This document shows positions 14,501-25,002 of a stretch of 64,000 bases of DNA, in pieces; the stretch's first letter is position 1, and each line of letters starts with the position of its first letter. The stretch comes from Tubulanus polymorphus (taxonomy: Eukaryota; Animalia; Nemertea), in assembly GCF_964204645.1 (NCBI RefSeq), contig NC_134025.1, forward strand, positions 11,656,001-11,720,000. The letters run 5' to 3'. The position numbers and the translations under genes are program-made. The notes beneath the pieces are model-generated. The model ran no database searches and was not told where the DNA came from. It saw only the letters and a program-made list of their open reading frames with translations.

Positions 14501-17500
14501 ACCAGATATACCTGGTTGACCAGGCATTACAGGAGGCGGTGGTACTGATGACATTACAGATTGTTGCCCAGACATGCTAGGATGTGGTTGACCTGACATA
14601 GTGGTTTGTGGCAAGCCAGGCATTCCTGGAGGTGGACCTGACATTCCTGTAGGTGGTGGACCTGACATCCCTGGTGGAGGACCTGACATTCCTGGTGGTG
14701 GACCCGACATTCCTGGTGGTGGACCAGACATTCCTGTTGGGGGTGGACCTGACATTCCTGGTGGAGGACCCGACATTCCTGTTGGTGGAGGACCTGACAT
14801 TCCTGATGGCGGGGGACCTGACATTCCTGGTGGAGGACCTGACATTCCTGGCGGTGGACCCGACATTCCTGGTGGTGGTGGACCAGACATTCCTGGTGGT
14901 GGTGGACCCGACATTCCTGGTGGTGGTGGACCAGACATTCCTGGTGGTGGTGGACCTGACATTCCTGGTGGTGGTGGACCAGACATTCCAGGTGGTGGTG
15001 GACCTGACATTCCTGGCGGTGGTCCTGACATCTGTTGAGGAGGGCCTGAAAGAAGAAAGTAGAAGCAAAGGCTGAAAAAATAATCATTTAATCATCCAAA
15101 GCTGTCTTCAAAAATGTTTATTACTTATTGCTATTACAGAAAAGTCCAATGGTCAATCACTAACAGATCAGACAGCAATCCAGCACTAGCATACTGAGGC
15201 CCATCAAACTACTAGTATCAAAAACAAGCCATACCTTGCATCATAACAATTCCACCTTGATTTGAACCGGAATTCTGATCTGGACCAGTTTGAAACGAAG
15301 ACTGGTGAGGTACTGCTTGCGACGATTGCGCCTGTTGCATACTGAACGGTGGCATCTGTGGTGGCGGCTGCTGAATCATCTGAAACATTTAACCGTTAAC
15401 CTTCATAAATAACCATCATCAGAGGTAAATTAACCACATTTTGAGGATCATCTCATTGAGCTCTACTCGATGTATTGTGCATTATGGTATGTTGGGCTTC
15501 TTCTACAATCGCGATAAGATGTCCCTTAATCAAACATAGGTCCTGCCAGTTTCTACTAAGGCCTTTTTTGTTTAATAGCTTGGTTTACGGGGTAGACCTA
15601 TTCATATTGAAATATCATTTTGGAGGAAATTAAAATTAAAAAAATTCCCTCAGTGAGATAAAATCACTTTTTGAAGGAAGTCCAAACAATTAATTGTTGG
15701 AAAGTTCGAATTCTCCACACTGCGATCTAAAAAGAACCTTGAGTTTTTGTTCATCATTCAAGCCAGGATTCTAGTATGGTGCAGATGAAAATTTTTTTCT
15801 TTTTGCTCATTTTTTCGCCCAATTCGTTCCACAGACGGGAATTTAAAAAGAAATAATTATTGACTTTCTTCAAATTTCGGAGGCGGTTCCCGTAAACCAC
15901 GCAATTAAAAAAAGCCTAAGCTCTGGAAGAGTGAAGGTTCATATAAGAGCTTCATTCTTTGGCGATATTTCATCATCCATTGTTGGTGCACGTCTCCCAA
16001 ACAGCAGTGTCTTACCGTTACTTTTATAGCAATAGTAACATCCAGTGGAGAGTTGGCCCTCAAAGCCCGGCTACCTATAGCTTTAATGACCAGTGCGCGT
16101 CTGCTAAAAATTTCTGAGCTGTTTTTACCTTGCTTATAGAATTTCACAAGCAGGTAAGTGATGCATCTGTTTTCAAATAACTAACAATTCCCAGTTCAGC
16201 TCAAGCTTCAAGTTAACCATTCATCGAGTCCCTTCGTGTATTAAACCATGTATTCGTCTAACAATACCACGGATAATGTCATTTCCAGTGATTTCACATT
16301 GATAATATGACAAACTTTACACTGCAGACACAGCATAACACCTGACATGTAATACCTCAAATCACTATTCGAGGCAGCACACCGAGTTATAACTGGGCAC
16401 AGCTTGACATAATAAAGATAGGTAACATTGGGATGAAAGTAACCTACATAATTGACATGAAAATTCAAGGTAAATCTCAATATACACGATTTAGATTTGA
16501 TTTTCACTATCATTCTAATTCAATATTACATACAAATCTATTCACATGTGTATTTATTTAAGGCATATACATTTGGGCATATTCTTTCACTGATGATATT
16601 CAATAACTTTGTTTCGGGTTCATTTTGTATCATCATTCCAGTCAGTGTAGGATTAAACTGCCATATTTCAATGCAGGCACATTAAAATAGGCCTACAGCC
16701 ACTATGTATTAATTACAGTTCAACTGAAAGTGTTCAGGGATCCCTAACTAGCCCTAATACTTAAAGTACTACTTATAGTATAAAGTTGGCTCTGAACCCT
16801 GTCAGTGCGTCTACACCGCAGTGCAGTGTATGAATCGGTGATGGATTTTGCTAGTACACTGCATTGCAGTATATTGATGTAATTAGTAATTAGTTTTTAT
16901 CCTTATTAAAAGATGGCAGCACCAGTCAAACATTGTGAAATATTAATAACTAATGATACACTGCGCCACGGCCACGGTGTTGACGCACATTAGTGGTATT
17001 ACCGTTATTCAACACACCAGGGCCAAATTTTTCAAATTATCTCCAGCACTATAGGATATTGATTAGTCAGCACTGAACGGGTTAAAAGATCCACATAATA
17101 ATACTGGTTATAATATTCTAGGCTTATATGGCAGTCCAGACATGCTGCTCAGAACATTTCTCAGCGCTATAACCATGTATCAGTTGAGAGAAGAACAGAG
17201 AAATGACATTCGAACAACTCTACTCATAACCCAAAGAGTCATCTATCGGACTAGGTGCAGTATCCATTTACTCTTCGGTGGGGAGAGACAATAATGATTA
17301 GCACAGGGTAGCCACTTTTATTTGACTTCCATTTTGCCTGACTATTCCATGACGTGCACGTTGTTTTCCCTGACGAGATCTGCTAAGAATCCAATCAATA
17401 AACACAGTCTTAGACGTAAGACATAGACGGAAACTGTCTTATAACATTATGCGCGATACAGTAATCTCAACATATTTCCCTTAGGCCACATCCCTTATTT

Positions 17501-19471
17501 TTTGGTTTGGTTTGGGTTTTTTTTTGTACTAAATTCCATGACTTTCAAATACTTCCCTGATTACCTTAGTATGTTGCTTAGGGACACAATGGGTATGTAC
17601 TGGCTTCGGACCATGACTCGTCACCCAAGAGTCGAATGCTTTTTAACCACTCGTCCACGCCACTGGGACTAGATACATTCTACATCAACCAAGAAATACG
17701 CACCTGTTGCATCTGATGACGTTTTTCCTCTTCGAGCAGCTGCTGTTGATGCATTGCCTTCTCCATCATGTCGGCCTCGTGTTTGGCTTGTTCAAGCATG
17801 GCCGCCTGTTGCATGCCCATCGCTTCTTTCTGTTGATCCAGCATTTCTTGCTCCTGAATATCCTGAAATAGACGTGCATAATTTTGGATATATTCCCAAT
17901 AGGCCCCCGTGGCATTATATTCTTTCCAACTTTCTTTCCATATTTTGCATATGACGCAATGTAATTGGTTACTGATGTTGCACGTGCGCATTAAGGTGTT
18001 TATTTGGGATTGAATCGTGCGATTAACGTCTCGAAACATTGAACGAGAAGGAAAAAGCGTACCTACATACCTGATAATAGCCCCATAATCTTGCAATCAG
18101 ATCTGCTTTTCGTCCTGAATTTTTTCCGAAAATAAACAAACAAAATAAGGTCTTACAAATTAAGTTAAATTTTTGTGACATTCCTTTGGGTCTTAGTTCA
18201 AAGGGCGAGATCCACATCATTATACGCATTTCATAATACCAGAAGGCTATTCATAAACTAGAATGGTTAAACAATCCATGCTTCGGCTCGATCGACCTAT
18301 TAGCCGAGTCAGAGCACCAACAATTACGTGCTTCCAGTTTCAACTGGGACAGGGTTAAACGAAATGGGGGATAGCAACGCTATATCGTGCCGGATTGAAC
18401 CATGTGCGCTCAGTCTTACGTTGTCAAAAGATGCTCCTATTATCGATCAAATTTTGCTAGTCTACTCAGTGAATGGTATTGTTTCCATTCAAAATTCATT
18501 CATTTAGGAAGTGGATAATCTTGGCACCTGTCAGTCATTTTTGTAGTAAATGCACTATTGCTATTTCGACAATGGAATATACATGGCCGCTCACGTCATT
18601 TTGAATAGACAAAGATCTGCCCAAAATATCAAAATATTAGTAACGTTAAGTTTTTTGGTGTCTTATCGCGTTCACCATCAGGTAGGCTAGAAGGCCGATA
18701 GCGTCACTAAATTATATCAATAACGTCAGGTAAAGGGTCAATATTCATTGTTTTTCGATTCAACAGGCCTCTTTCGAAAGAAATAAACATGTTGGGAAGG
18801 GGTCATTCATACGTACGCTTTAGGGGAGGGGTCAGTGCAATTGCGTGCTGTATTAAGCTTAATGTATATGAAAAAATGACCGATTTTGCGTACAGAGGGG
18901 GAGATGAAAAATTCAAATTTTATCGTACATAATAAATGAATGATCCCGAGGGGTTTGTTTCAGTGGCCCCGGAGCGGAATTCAATCTTTATTAAATCCGT
19001 AAAGTGTACACTTTATAGAATAAGACAAATTTTAATTAATAAAGAAACAATACAATACAATACAGTACAAGGCAAGGCAATTTACAGTAGGCCTACAATA
19101 AAAATTAAAAAACATTAAAGAGACATGAAAACACAAACAAAAGTAGCCCATTATTACTACATGGATGGAAGATACAATACGTAGGCCCGTCCTCGCTTGC
19201 CAGGGATACTAACAAGGACGGTGGGTATGCAAGTTTGGTTTGGTCAGAATTCTAGATAAGCGAAATTTAGCATATCGATAGCTAGTAAGGGATTCGAGTT
19301 CAAACTCCACCAGGTACTCAGACTCAACAAGAGAAAAGGGTAAGAGCCAAATAAGAACGTACCGCCAAGTGGCAATCCGAGTTCTGAAAGACGTTCTTTC
19401 AGATCAACAACACGCAACTTTTCAAGTTGTTCGTGAGTCGGTGCTGACGAAGAGGACGCACCCGAGTCCAT
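1808..19471 (-). CDS. SF3B2: Splicing factor 3B subunit 2 (SAP145), 21 coding exons, ~1162 aa
   Basis: Exons chained with GT-AG sites and consistent phase: 19363-19471, 18071-18114, 17704-17862, 15235-15379, 13985-15045, 12564-12699, 11865-11974, 9640-9800, 9072-9150, 8214-8345, 7685-7762, 7230-7304, 6918-7070, 6188-6337, 5758-5847, 5205-5312, 4562-4669, 3904-4046, 3078-3273, 2238-2423, 1808-1873 (3489 bp). N-terminal SAP motif (LRVVDLKERLSELGLPLGGRKADLIARL); DUF382 region (RPDVVEMHDVTAQDP, VPVPRHWCFKRKYLQGKRGIEKPPF, KVRPKMGKIDIDYQKLHDAFF); PSP domain (PPPWLIAMQRYGPPPSYPNLKIPG, GYHAGGWGKPPVDE); ends KKYKEFKF*. Confidence 0.96.
2055..2104 (+). ncRNA. Minimal hammerhead-ribozyme-like motif (Penelope pLTR type), probably decayed
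   Basis: CTGAAGA-T-GACT...AGTC-GAAA-CGTT followed by AATAAA: catalytic core, stem II and palindromic stem III; stem I imperfect. In the last SF3B2 intron, antisense. Confidence 0.55.
2884..2925 (+). ncRNA. Second, more degenerate hammerhead-like motif
   Basis: CTGACGA-T-GACTAT(gagaat)ATAGTT-GAAA-TGCT; same layout as 2055, differences partly consistent with CpG decay. Confidence 0.35.
6497..6667. mobile_element. Tc1/pogo-like MITE
   Basis: TA|CAGTGGAACCCC ... GGGGTTTCACTG|TA; related ends near 64-78, 11480-11663 and 44932-45216. Confidence 0.7.
6698..6844. mobile_element. Short Harbinger-like MITE
   Basis: Imperfect terminal IRs gggcccggtttcacaga / tctatgaaacccagtcc. Confidence 0.45.
8488..8547. 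repeat. (AGC)20 microsatellite, i.e. (CUG)20 in SF3B2 pre-mRNA
   Basis: Perfect 60-bp trinucleotide run within intron 8346-9071. Confidence 0.97.
10045..11168. mobile_element. Non-autonomous hAT-like DNA transposon with nested inverted repeat
   Basis: TIRs CAGGGTTCCTGC / GCAGGAACCCTG, flanked by TATAA on both sides; subterminal TTTCCAGG repeats; internal ~105-bp IR (about 10178-10285 vs 10764-10873). Confidence 0.8.
12183..12540. mobile_element. Truncated relative of the 15560-15916 MITE
   Basis: Shares ggccttttt(g)tttaatagcttgg start and internal blocks (gagataaaatca, tgcgatc.aaaaagaacctt). Confidence 0.6.
12978..13134. mobile_element. PIF/Harbinger (Tourist-like) MITE, complete
   Basis: 26-bp TIRs ggggtcattcatttattacgtacgca / tgcgtacgtaataaatgaatgatccc; TTA target duplication; three copies in window. 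Confidence 0.85.
13428..13576. mobile_element. Small MITE-like element with internal direct repeats
   Basis: Ends tagaatccac / gtggagtcta; internal repeated cggtttactgagt. Confidence 0.4.
14624..15031 (-). repeat. Coding minisatellite: 18 units of 21/24 bp encoding MSGPPP(P/T/S)G
   Basis: Within SF3B2 exon 13985-15045; 8 seven-residue and 10 eight-residue units. Confidence 0.95.
15560..15916. mobile_element. PIF/Harbinger-like MITE
   Basis: TAA|ggccttttttgtttaatagcttggtttacggg ... cccgtaaaccacgcaattaaaaaaagcc|TAA. Confidence 0.75.
16797..17082. mobile_element. piggyBac-like MITE
   Basis: tgaa|CCCTGTCAGTGC ... GCACTGAACGGG|ttaa; same right end (ctccagcactatagg...gggttaa) recurs at about 45008-45052. 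Confidence 0.5.
17560..17667 (-). mobile_element. tRNA-derived SINE 5' part
   Basis: Minus strand A-box-like TGGACGAGTGG, B-box-like GGTCCGAAGCC, then gtgtccctaagcaa resembling CORE-type central domains. Confidence 0.5.
18798..18947. mobile_element. PIF/Harbinger-like MITE, third copy of the 12978 family
   Basis: ggggtcattcat ... aataaatgaatgatccc with the same internal sequence. Confidence 0.75.
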
Positions 19472-20231
19472 CTTACTCTCAGTCTCACCACGGGATGGAT
19501 GATCAACCGACTTATTATACTAATTTCGAACAGATTAACACCAAAAACAAATCGAACAACGAAAACACAACGTGAGATGCAGCCTTCTGCAGATAATGAA
19601 GATAGATACGAGTTCTGACAAATTTAAATTCAAATATTTTATTGATCCTTGTACTAAAGTTTACGGTTTGCCAGCAAGGCCTACAGTTAGATTTCACATT
19701 TTAACTTGCCATTACAAATTTCCCAATTTTTCTATGTCCATTTTCTTTTCCTTGTTTCTTTTTTAGGGTGCTAGGCTAGCGTATTTAGGGCGCTGCAGCT
19801 AAAGTTTATTGTCTATTGAATTGTGTTCTGTCCTATTGTAGTGTCCTATTCTAATAAAATACGAAATGACATGATAGTAGATACGCAGCACTACATAAAG
19901 TGCTGTCATATTATTTTGTATTCGAAACGAGCGGGAGTTAGTGATTTCGGCAAATTGTTTCTATTCTCGTTTAGTTCTCGTACTTATGCGGCGGCGAGTC
20001 TTATCGCGGGCGTGTCGCTGTTATAGACGGCAGCACTGTCTGGTCTAGAAATTCCGCATCCGCATCGACCGATATCCAAGTAATTGCAGCGGTGTGAACA
20101 TTTTATTTGAAAGTCCCTCGAAGTGTCATCTTAGGTTTGTTGATTTGTTTTAATCACGTTGTATAAAGCTTGCTAGTGGTGCTAGTATTTAATTCTGACT
20201 GTCGTTTTTCGTGAACTAATTCAGCCCACAG

Positions 20232-22015
20232 GCACAGGGCAGGGACCTGACAAAAAAAAATTTTGACCCCAGTATCCTAGGTAGCTATATCCATAAAAAA
20301 TAGCTCCAATCTTACTGAAAGAAAGCTTGTTGGTATGGGGAGGGCTCAAATAACAAAATGTTTTTTAAATTTTTGAATTATCTTCAGTAGTTTTCGAGAT
20401 ATCACAAATTGGAGTTTGAAAATTTGAGCGAAAAGTGTCTTCATGTAAATGTTTCAATACGCAAAAACTCTGATCTCAGAAGGCAATATTTCATGTAAAC
20501 AAACTTCAATATCTCTTAAACTAAAAGAGATAGACTAGAAATTTAAAGATCAATACACTCATAGCACTTTCAGGTGACGGTTGAAAGACCCAAAATTTTT
20601 ATCTGCTCCAAAATGCCTATGGTGTCCATGGAAACCAGCCGAAAAATGGTAAAATAATGAAAATATCGATGTTAGATCAAAAGTTATGATGTATAAAGGG
20701 GATAGAATATCTAGTTATCAATAATATGTTTGCCCTAAGTTTATCTAGGAATGTATATTATTATATATATTATTTGGTTTCCATGGTAACGGCAAGAAAA
20801 ATTGTGAAATATTGAGAAATGTTGATATGATTTCAGATGAAATTATTTTTTTTCAGTAGATAATTTTTTAAATGAATCAGACATGATTGTCAAGGCCTGT
20901 CAGTCAGGTCTATAGGCTCCTATTGCAAATTGATTTAAATATACCAATTATATAGGCCTATATTATTTGCTAAATGAATTTTAGTAAAGAATAGCAGAAA
21001 ATCAGGCTTGGCTCAAAACGCTGAAATTTGAAATATATTCATGATGTCATAATAATAGCAATCAGTTTAGAAACATAAACCAAGCAATAGTAATAATACT
21101 ACTAATAATAACTAAATAATAATCCATTTGTTTTGTTTTGAGCTAAATTTCAACAATATTTTATATATATTTCAATTTTGCTGCATTTGCAAAATCCCCT
21201 CAGGAGCCTCACTGTCCCATCACGCGCCTCCATTTTTGCCCACCACAAGCCTCAATTCATCCCATTAGACGCCTCCCTCTTTCAACAGCTGCTTTACTGA
21301 CGAGAGAGTAGTGGCGGTCCGCAAAAAAATGTTTTTACCGACCATTTCGCTAAATCTGTCCTAATATTCAGAAATATAGTGATGAATAATTATGAATCGG
21401 AAAATTAATAACAATAATTCACCGCTAGACCGATGAATAATTGTGAAATATTGATCTCATCACGAGCAGCGCGGCGCGTCGTCATTCAATAACAAGTACT
21501 GGCTGCCATTTTGTGTCGCTCGCTTCAACGCAAAACTTAGACATCGACTTTTCCGGCAGCAATCGCTCAGCCCCGACACGAAATAAAATCATGCGGTCTT
21601 CAGTATTTGAATTTTAAGATCCTAAACCTTCCGATTCCTGATGATTCGTCGCTTATTCCGGGTCCTAAGCTGACGAATTTTGCTCTTGAAAAAGGGTATT
21701 TTTCGATTTCTATTTGACTAAAATGCGGATTTATACACTAAACCAACCCCCAAGTGATAAAGATCGATTTTATTGGTTGATTCCAAAAGATTTTAGCTCA
21801 TTTGCATTGATAGACAGGTTTTATGAATGATTTTACTACGCGATGTCAAAACGCGTAGTAAAAACGCGCATCACACTTTTCCAAACCAACAATGGTCGTC
21901 ACAAACGATAGTGGCGCCCCACGCGGACATGAACATATCTATCCTAGGTACTTATATATAAAAAGACAAGGGAGCCAACTCTCCGTCAGATCGGTCGATA
22001 GGTATGTCACTGCAA
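20232..22015. mobile_element. Probable non-autonomous DNA transposon absent from copy B
   Basis: Begins CACAGGGCAGGGAC where copies A and B diverge; subterminal inverted motif gtatcctaggtagctatat / atatctatcctaggtac. Class and right end uncertain. Confidence 0.3.
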
Positions 22016-22262
22016 CAGTTCGTGACTTCGTTAATGATAATCCAATCCGCTTCAAGTAAAATCAATCTTAAAGATAACGAATTGCTGCGTTAGACTGGGT
22101 GGTTTGAGAAAGATTTGAGTGCCTTTGAGATTGTTAAATCGTTCGATTAGGCCTAATCCGAAAAAATCGGCAAAATCCGTCTGTACCGCACCAGCCTGGA
22201 AGTAAATATTTTATCATTTAGTTTATGAATATACAATCTACTCAATTTAATACTTAAACAGT

Positions 22263-22541
22263 TTAACAATCTAACACTGAATATAAATTTATAAAATAAA
22301 ATAAAATAATTATTTGAAATATTATAGAGTTTAGAATATGTATAAGTGTATTAACTTTTTTATGATTATTTTTATTATTATTTCCATTTAACTTCTTTAA
22401 TTTCTTGCTCAATTTCATATTTTCATTCATCAAATCTTTACTGATATTTTCATAGTAAAAGTAAAGTGCAGCTAATATTAAACCTCCAGCAACTAAATAA
22501 TGTTTCAAATCACTACTTCCGGTTGGAATGAAACCATCCAT
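22263..22541 (-). CDS. AT-rich virus-like small ORF with N-terminal hydrophobic segment
   Basis: Intronless 92-aa ORF, taaataaATG start context, extremely AT-rich; near-identical copy at 56288-56566 (+). Confidence 0.45.
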   Translation of the reverse strand: MDGFIPTGSSDLKHYLVAGGLILAALYFYYENISKDLMNENMKLSKKLKKLNGNNNKNNHKKVNTLIHILNSIIFQIIILFYFINLYSVLDC

Positions 22542-22655
22542 TTATTTAAGAAAAAATTAATAAATTGATAAATATTTGATATTTTAGAAATATTAAACTT
22601 TTGTATGTTTCAAATCAAATAACAATTAAAATTACTACCCAACAGTTATTCATTA

Positions 22656-23248
22656 GGCTAAATAAAAAGAATTAGTTGTTTATCGTCCCCGCCCGACCCT
22701 ACGAAAATACCCGACCCAATTTGGTTCCAATCGAAAATATTTGCCAAAGCTACCGTTTCATGTCGATTGTAGGACAGTATAGCAGCAAACAAAACGATTT
22801 ATCGATCGACGAAGTGCGTTCACTGAATAACAAATTGAAGTCAATATTCGGTTATGGAGTGTACACAGTGTGGATTTCCGGTTGTGGAGCGTATTTAGAT
22901 CGATTTTAAAATCTAAGTTAATAAAGTTCTATGAATTGAATTGTATTTGTATTGCTTGTGGCGCCACACTTCCAGTCGCGTGCCTGTTGTGCAAATTGAA
23001 CAATGCCGCTTGTAATAGCTTCGATCGCTCGTGACGGGTCTTCGAGTCTTCTAAGAGAATGGTTCGCTTGCAACGTAGAGGCCGATGTAAGCATTGCAGA
23101 CTTTTATGCGTATGAAGAGTTGAAATAAAGAATGTTTCGATGGAAAACCTGCTTTATTTATCAATCGTATATCATTTACAAAAAAACCTCCCGCCCTACC
23201 CAAGCTTTTTGAAAAAAAGGACAAACAACTAATTTATTTTATTTGGCC
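22656..23248. mobile_element. PIF/Harbinger-like MITE inserted in the virus-like segment
   Basis: TIRs ggctaaataaaaagaattagttgttt / aaacaactaatttattttatttggcc, TTA duplication; empty site visible in the paralogous sequence near 56172. Confidence 0.85.
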
Positions 23249-23303
23249 TTAACTAATTTCTCAATGCTTAAACTACTATATATTTGAAACATACGGCTTA
23301 ATC

Positions 23304-23756
23304 TTATTTCAATTTATATTTATTATTCTTTTCATATTCGATATGTTTAACTGTTTGATAATGTTTTGATTTATGTGATCTTAAATATTTACCTCCACAA
23401 TCACAATACACTTTTTCATTAGGATTGAATTTTCTAAATTCATCATCTAAATTACATTGAACTGCAACATCTTTATATGAATTATCATTAACTGATTCAC
23501 ATTGAATTCCAATATTTGATGAATTTTCATTATAGATAATTTGTTTATTATCAAAATTGAAATAATATAATTGTCTTTTTTCAATTCTTAAGTTAATCAA
23601 ATCATTGTAACCTTTCGAAAGTATTAAATCACTATCTCTTTCATTAAAAGGGGTTTGAAGAATATTTATTATGTTTTCATCCAAAGTTCCTTTATGATTT
23701 AAAATTGTATTGAATATTTTAGGATTTTTAGCACCATTATCAAAAGTATCAATTAG
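23304..23756 (-). CDS. 5'-truncated AT-rich ORF with C-terminal CxC...H...H zinc-finger-like motif (Polinton/large DNA virus style)
   Basis: ...EKVYCDCGGKYLRSHKSKHYQTVKHIEY...; frame stays open up to the HINE boundary; partial copy at ~55500-56120 is interrupted by a P-like element. Confidence 0.5.
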   Translation of the reverse strand, partial: LIDTFDNGAKNPKIFNTILNHKGTLDENIINILQTPFNERDSDLILSKGYNDLINLRIEKRQLYYFNFDNKQIIYNENSSNIGIQCESVNDNSYKDVAVQCNLDDEFRKFNPNEKVYCDCGGKYLRSHKSKHYQTVKHIEYEKNNKYKLK

Positions 23757-25002
23757 TTTTTTAGCCCACTTGGGACTTTAGTCCCAGTGGGCTATTGCGT
23801 TCACTTTTCGTCCGTAGACGGAATCCAGTTATTTTGGGAAGTTTTGAAGACGCTTCAAAACTTCTATTTGGGTTACACATGTATCTACCCTAGACACATC
23901 TTCAGCCCAAAAACTGGCCCTGTCAGAATCAAGATGGCCGACTGGCAGCCTTTGTTGTTCGCCAAAATAGCACTTTTTATACATTTTTGAACTTTTTGAG
24001 GGAAATTTTGAAGACGCTTTGATCAATTACCTTGATCTTTCGGATATATGTGAATCCCCCCAGGGCCCATCAACATAACAAAAATTGGGTCGGTCGGACT
24101 CAAGATGGCCGTCCTATGACCTTTTTAGTGCCCAAAAATGTTAATTTTGGCCCGAATTCTGAGTCCTGTAGCTTCCTACTGGTTTGCCATTTCTCATTAC
24201 AATTTGTGATGGGTGTTCTTTGGAAAGGGATGTTTTATACCTGAGACAGGTATTTTTCATCAGCCAATTATGACGCAATTGGCGACCATCTTGGTGTCAC
24301 CAGTACTCATTCGTAAGTGGGAAAAAGTTTTTCCACATTATATTGATACATAAGCGTATTTTGATACCACAATCAATTAGAAAGTTGTAGCTCATAACGT
24401 ATTCTATGATTGTGGTGAGTTTCAAGGTAATTGGATTTCGTATATGGCCACCAGGGGGCGTTGAATAATACAATATCTTAGCATTTCTTTATTATATTCG
24501 TACCTATGAATATTTTGTAACCACAATCAATTGGAAAGTTGTAGCTCATGACATCATCTATGATTGTTGCGAGTTTTAAGGACATAAGTTTTTCTATATG
24601 ATCACCAGGGGAATAGTAGAATAGTAGAATAACTTAGTATTTCCTTATTTTATTGGTACCTAGGCATATTTTGTTACCATGATCAATTGCAAAGTTGTAG
24701 TTCATGACATGTTCTATGATTGTGGTGAGTTTCGAGGTCATTGGGTTTTGAATATGGTCACCAGGGGGCGTTGAATAGTAGAATGACTTAGTATTTCCAT
24801 ATTAAATTGGTAACGAGGCATATTTTGTTATCACAATCAATTACAAAATCGTAGCTGCTGACATGTTCTATGATTGTGGTGAGTTTTAAGGTCATTGGTT
24901 TTTGTAAATGGTCACCAGCGGGCATTGAATATTGAAATTGTTAGATTGTTGAGCATTTGAAACCACTTCCCAAGTGGGCATGGTGTCCCTGGACCCCTAG
25001 TT
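23757..25002 (+). mobile_element. Helentron-associated non-autonomous element (HINE/DINE-1-like), copy 1
   Basis: 5' tttttagcccacttgggac...gtcccagtgggcta palindrome; 3' subTIR tcccaagtgggc, short hairpin and ctagtt; T-rich target; four internal ~155-bp tandem units. Confidence 0.8.

Noticed and set aside
14328-15087. Several overlapping ORFs (GGGPDIP, HHQEC, STTRNV, VVDLT repeats)
   Set aside because: Alternative frames and antisense of the SF3B2 coding repeat.
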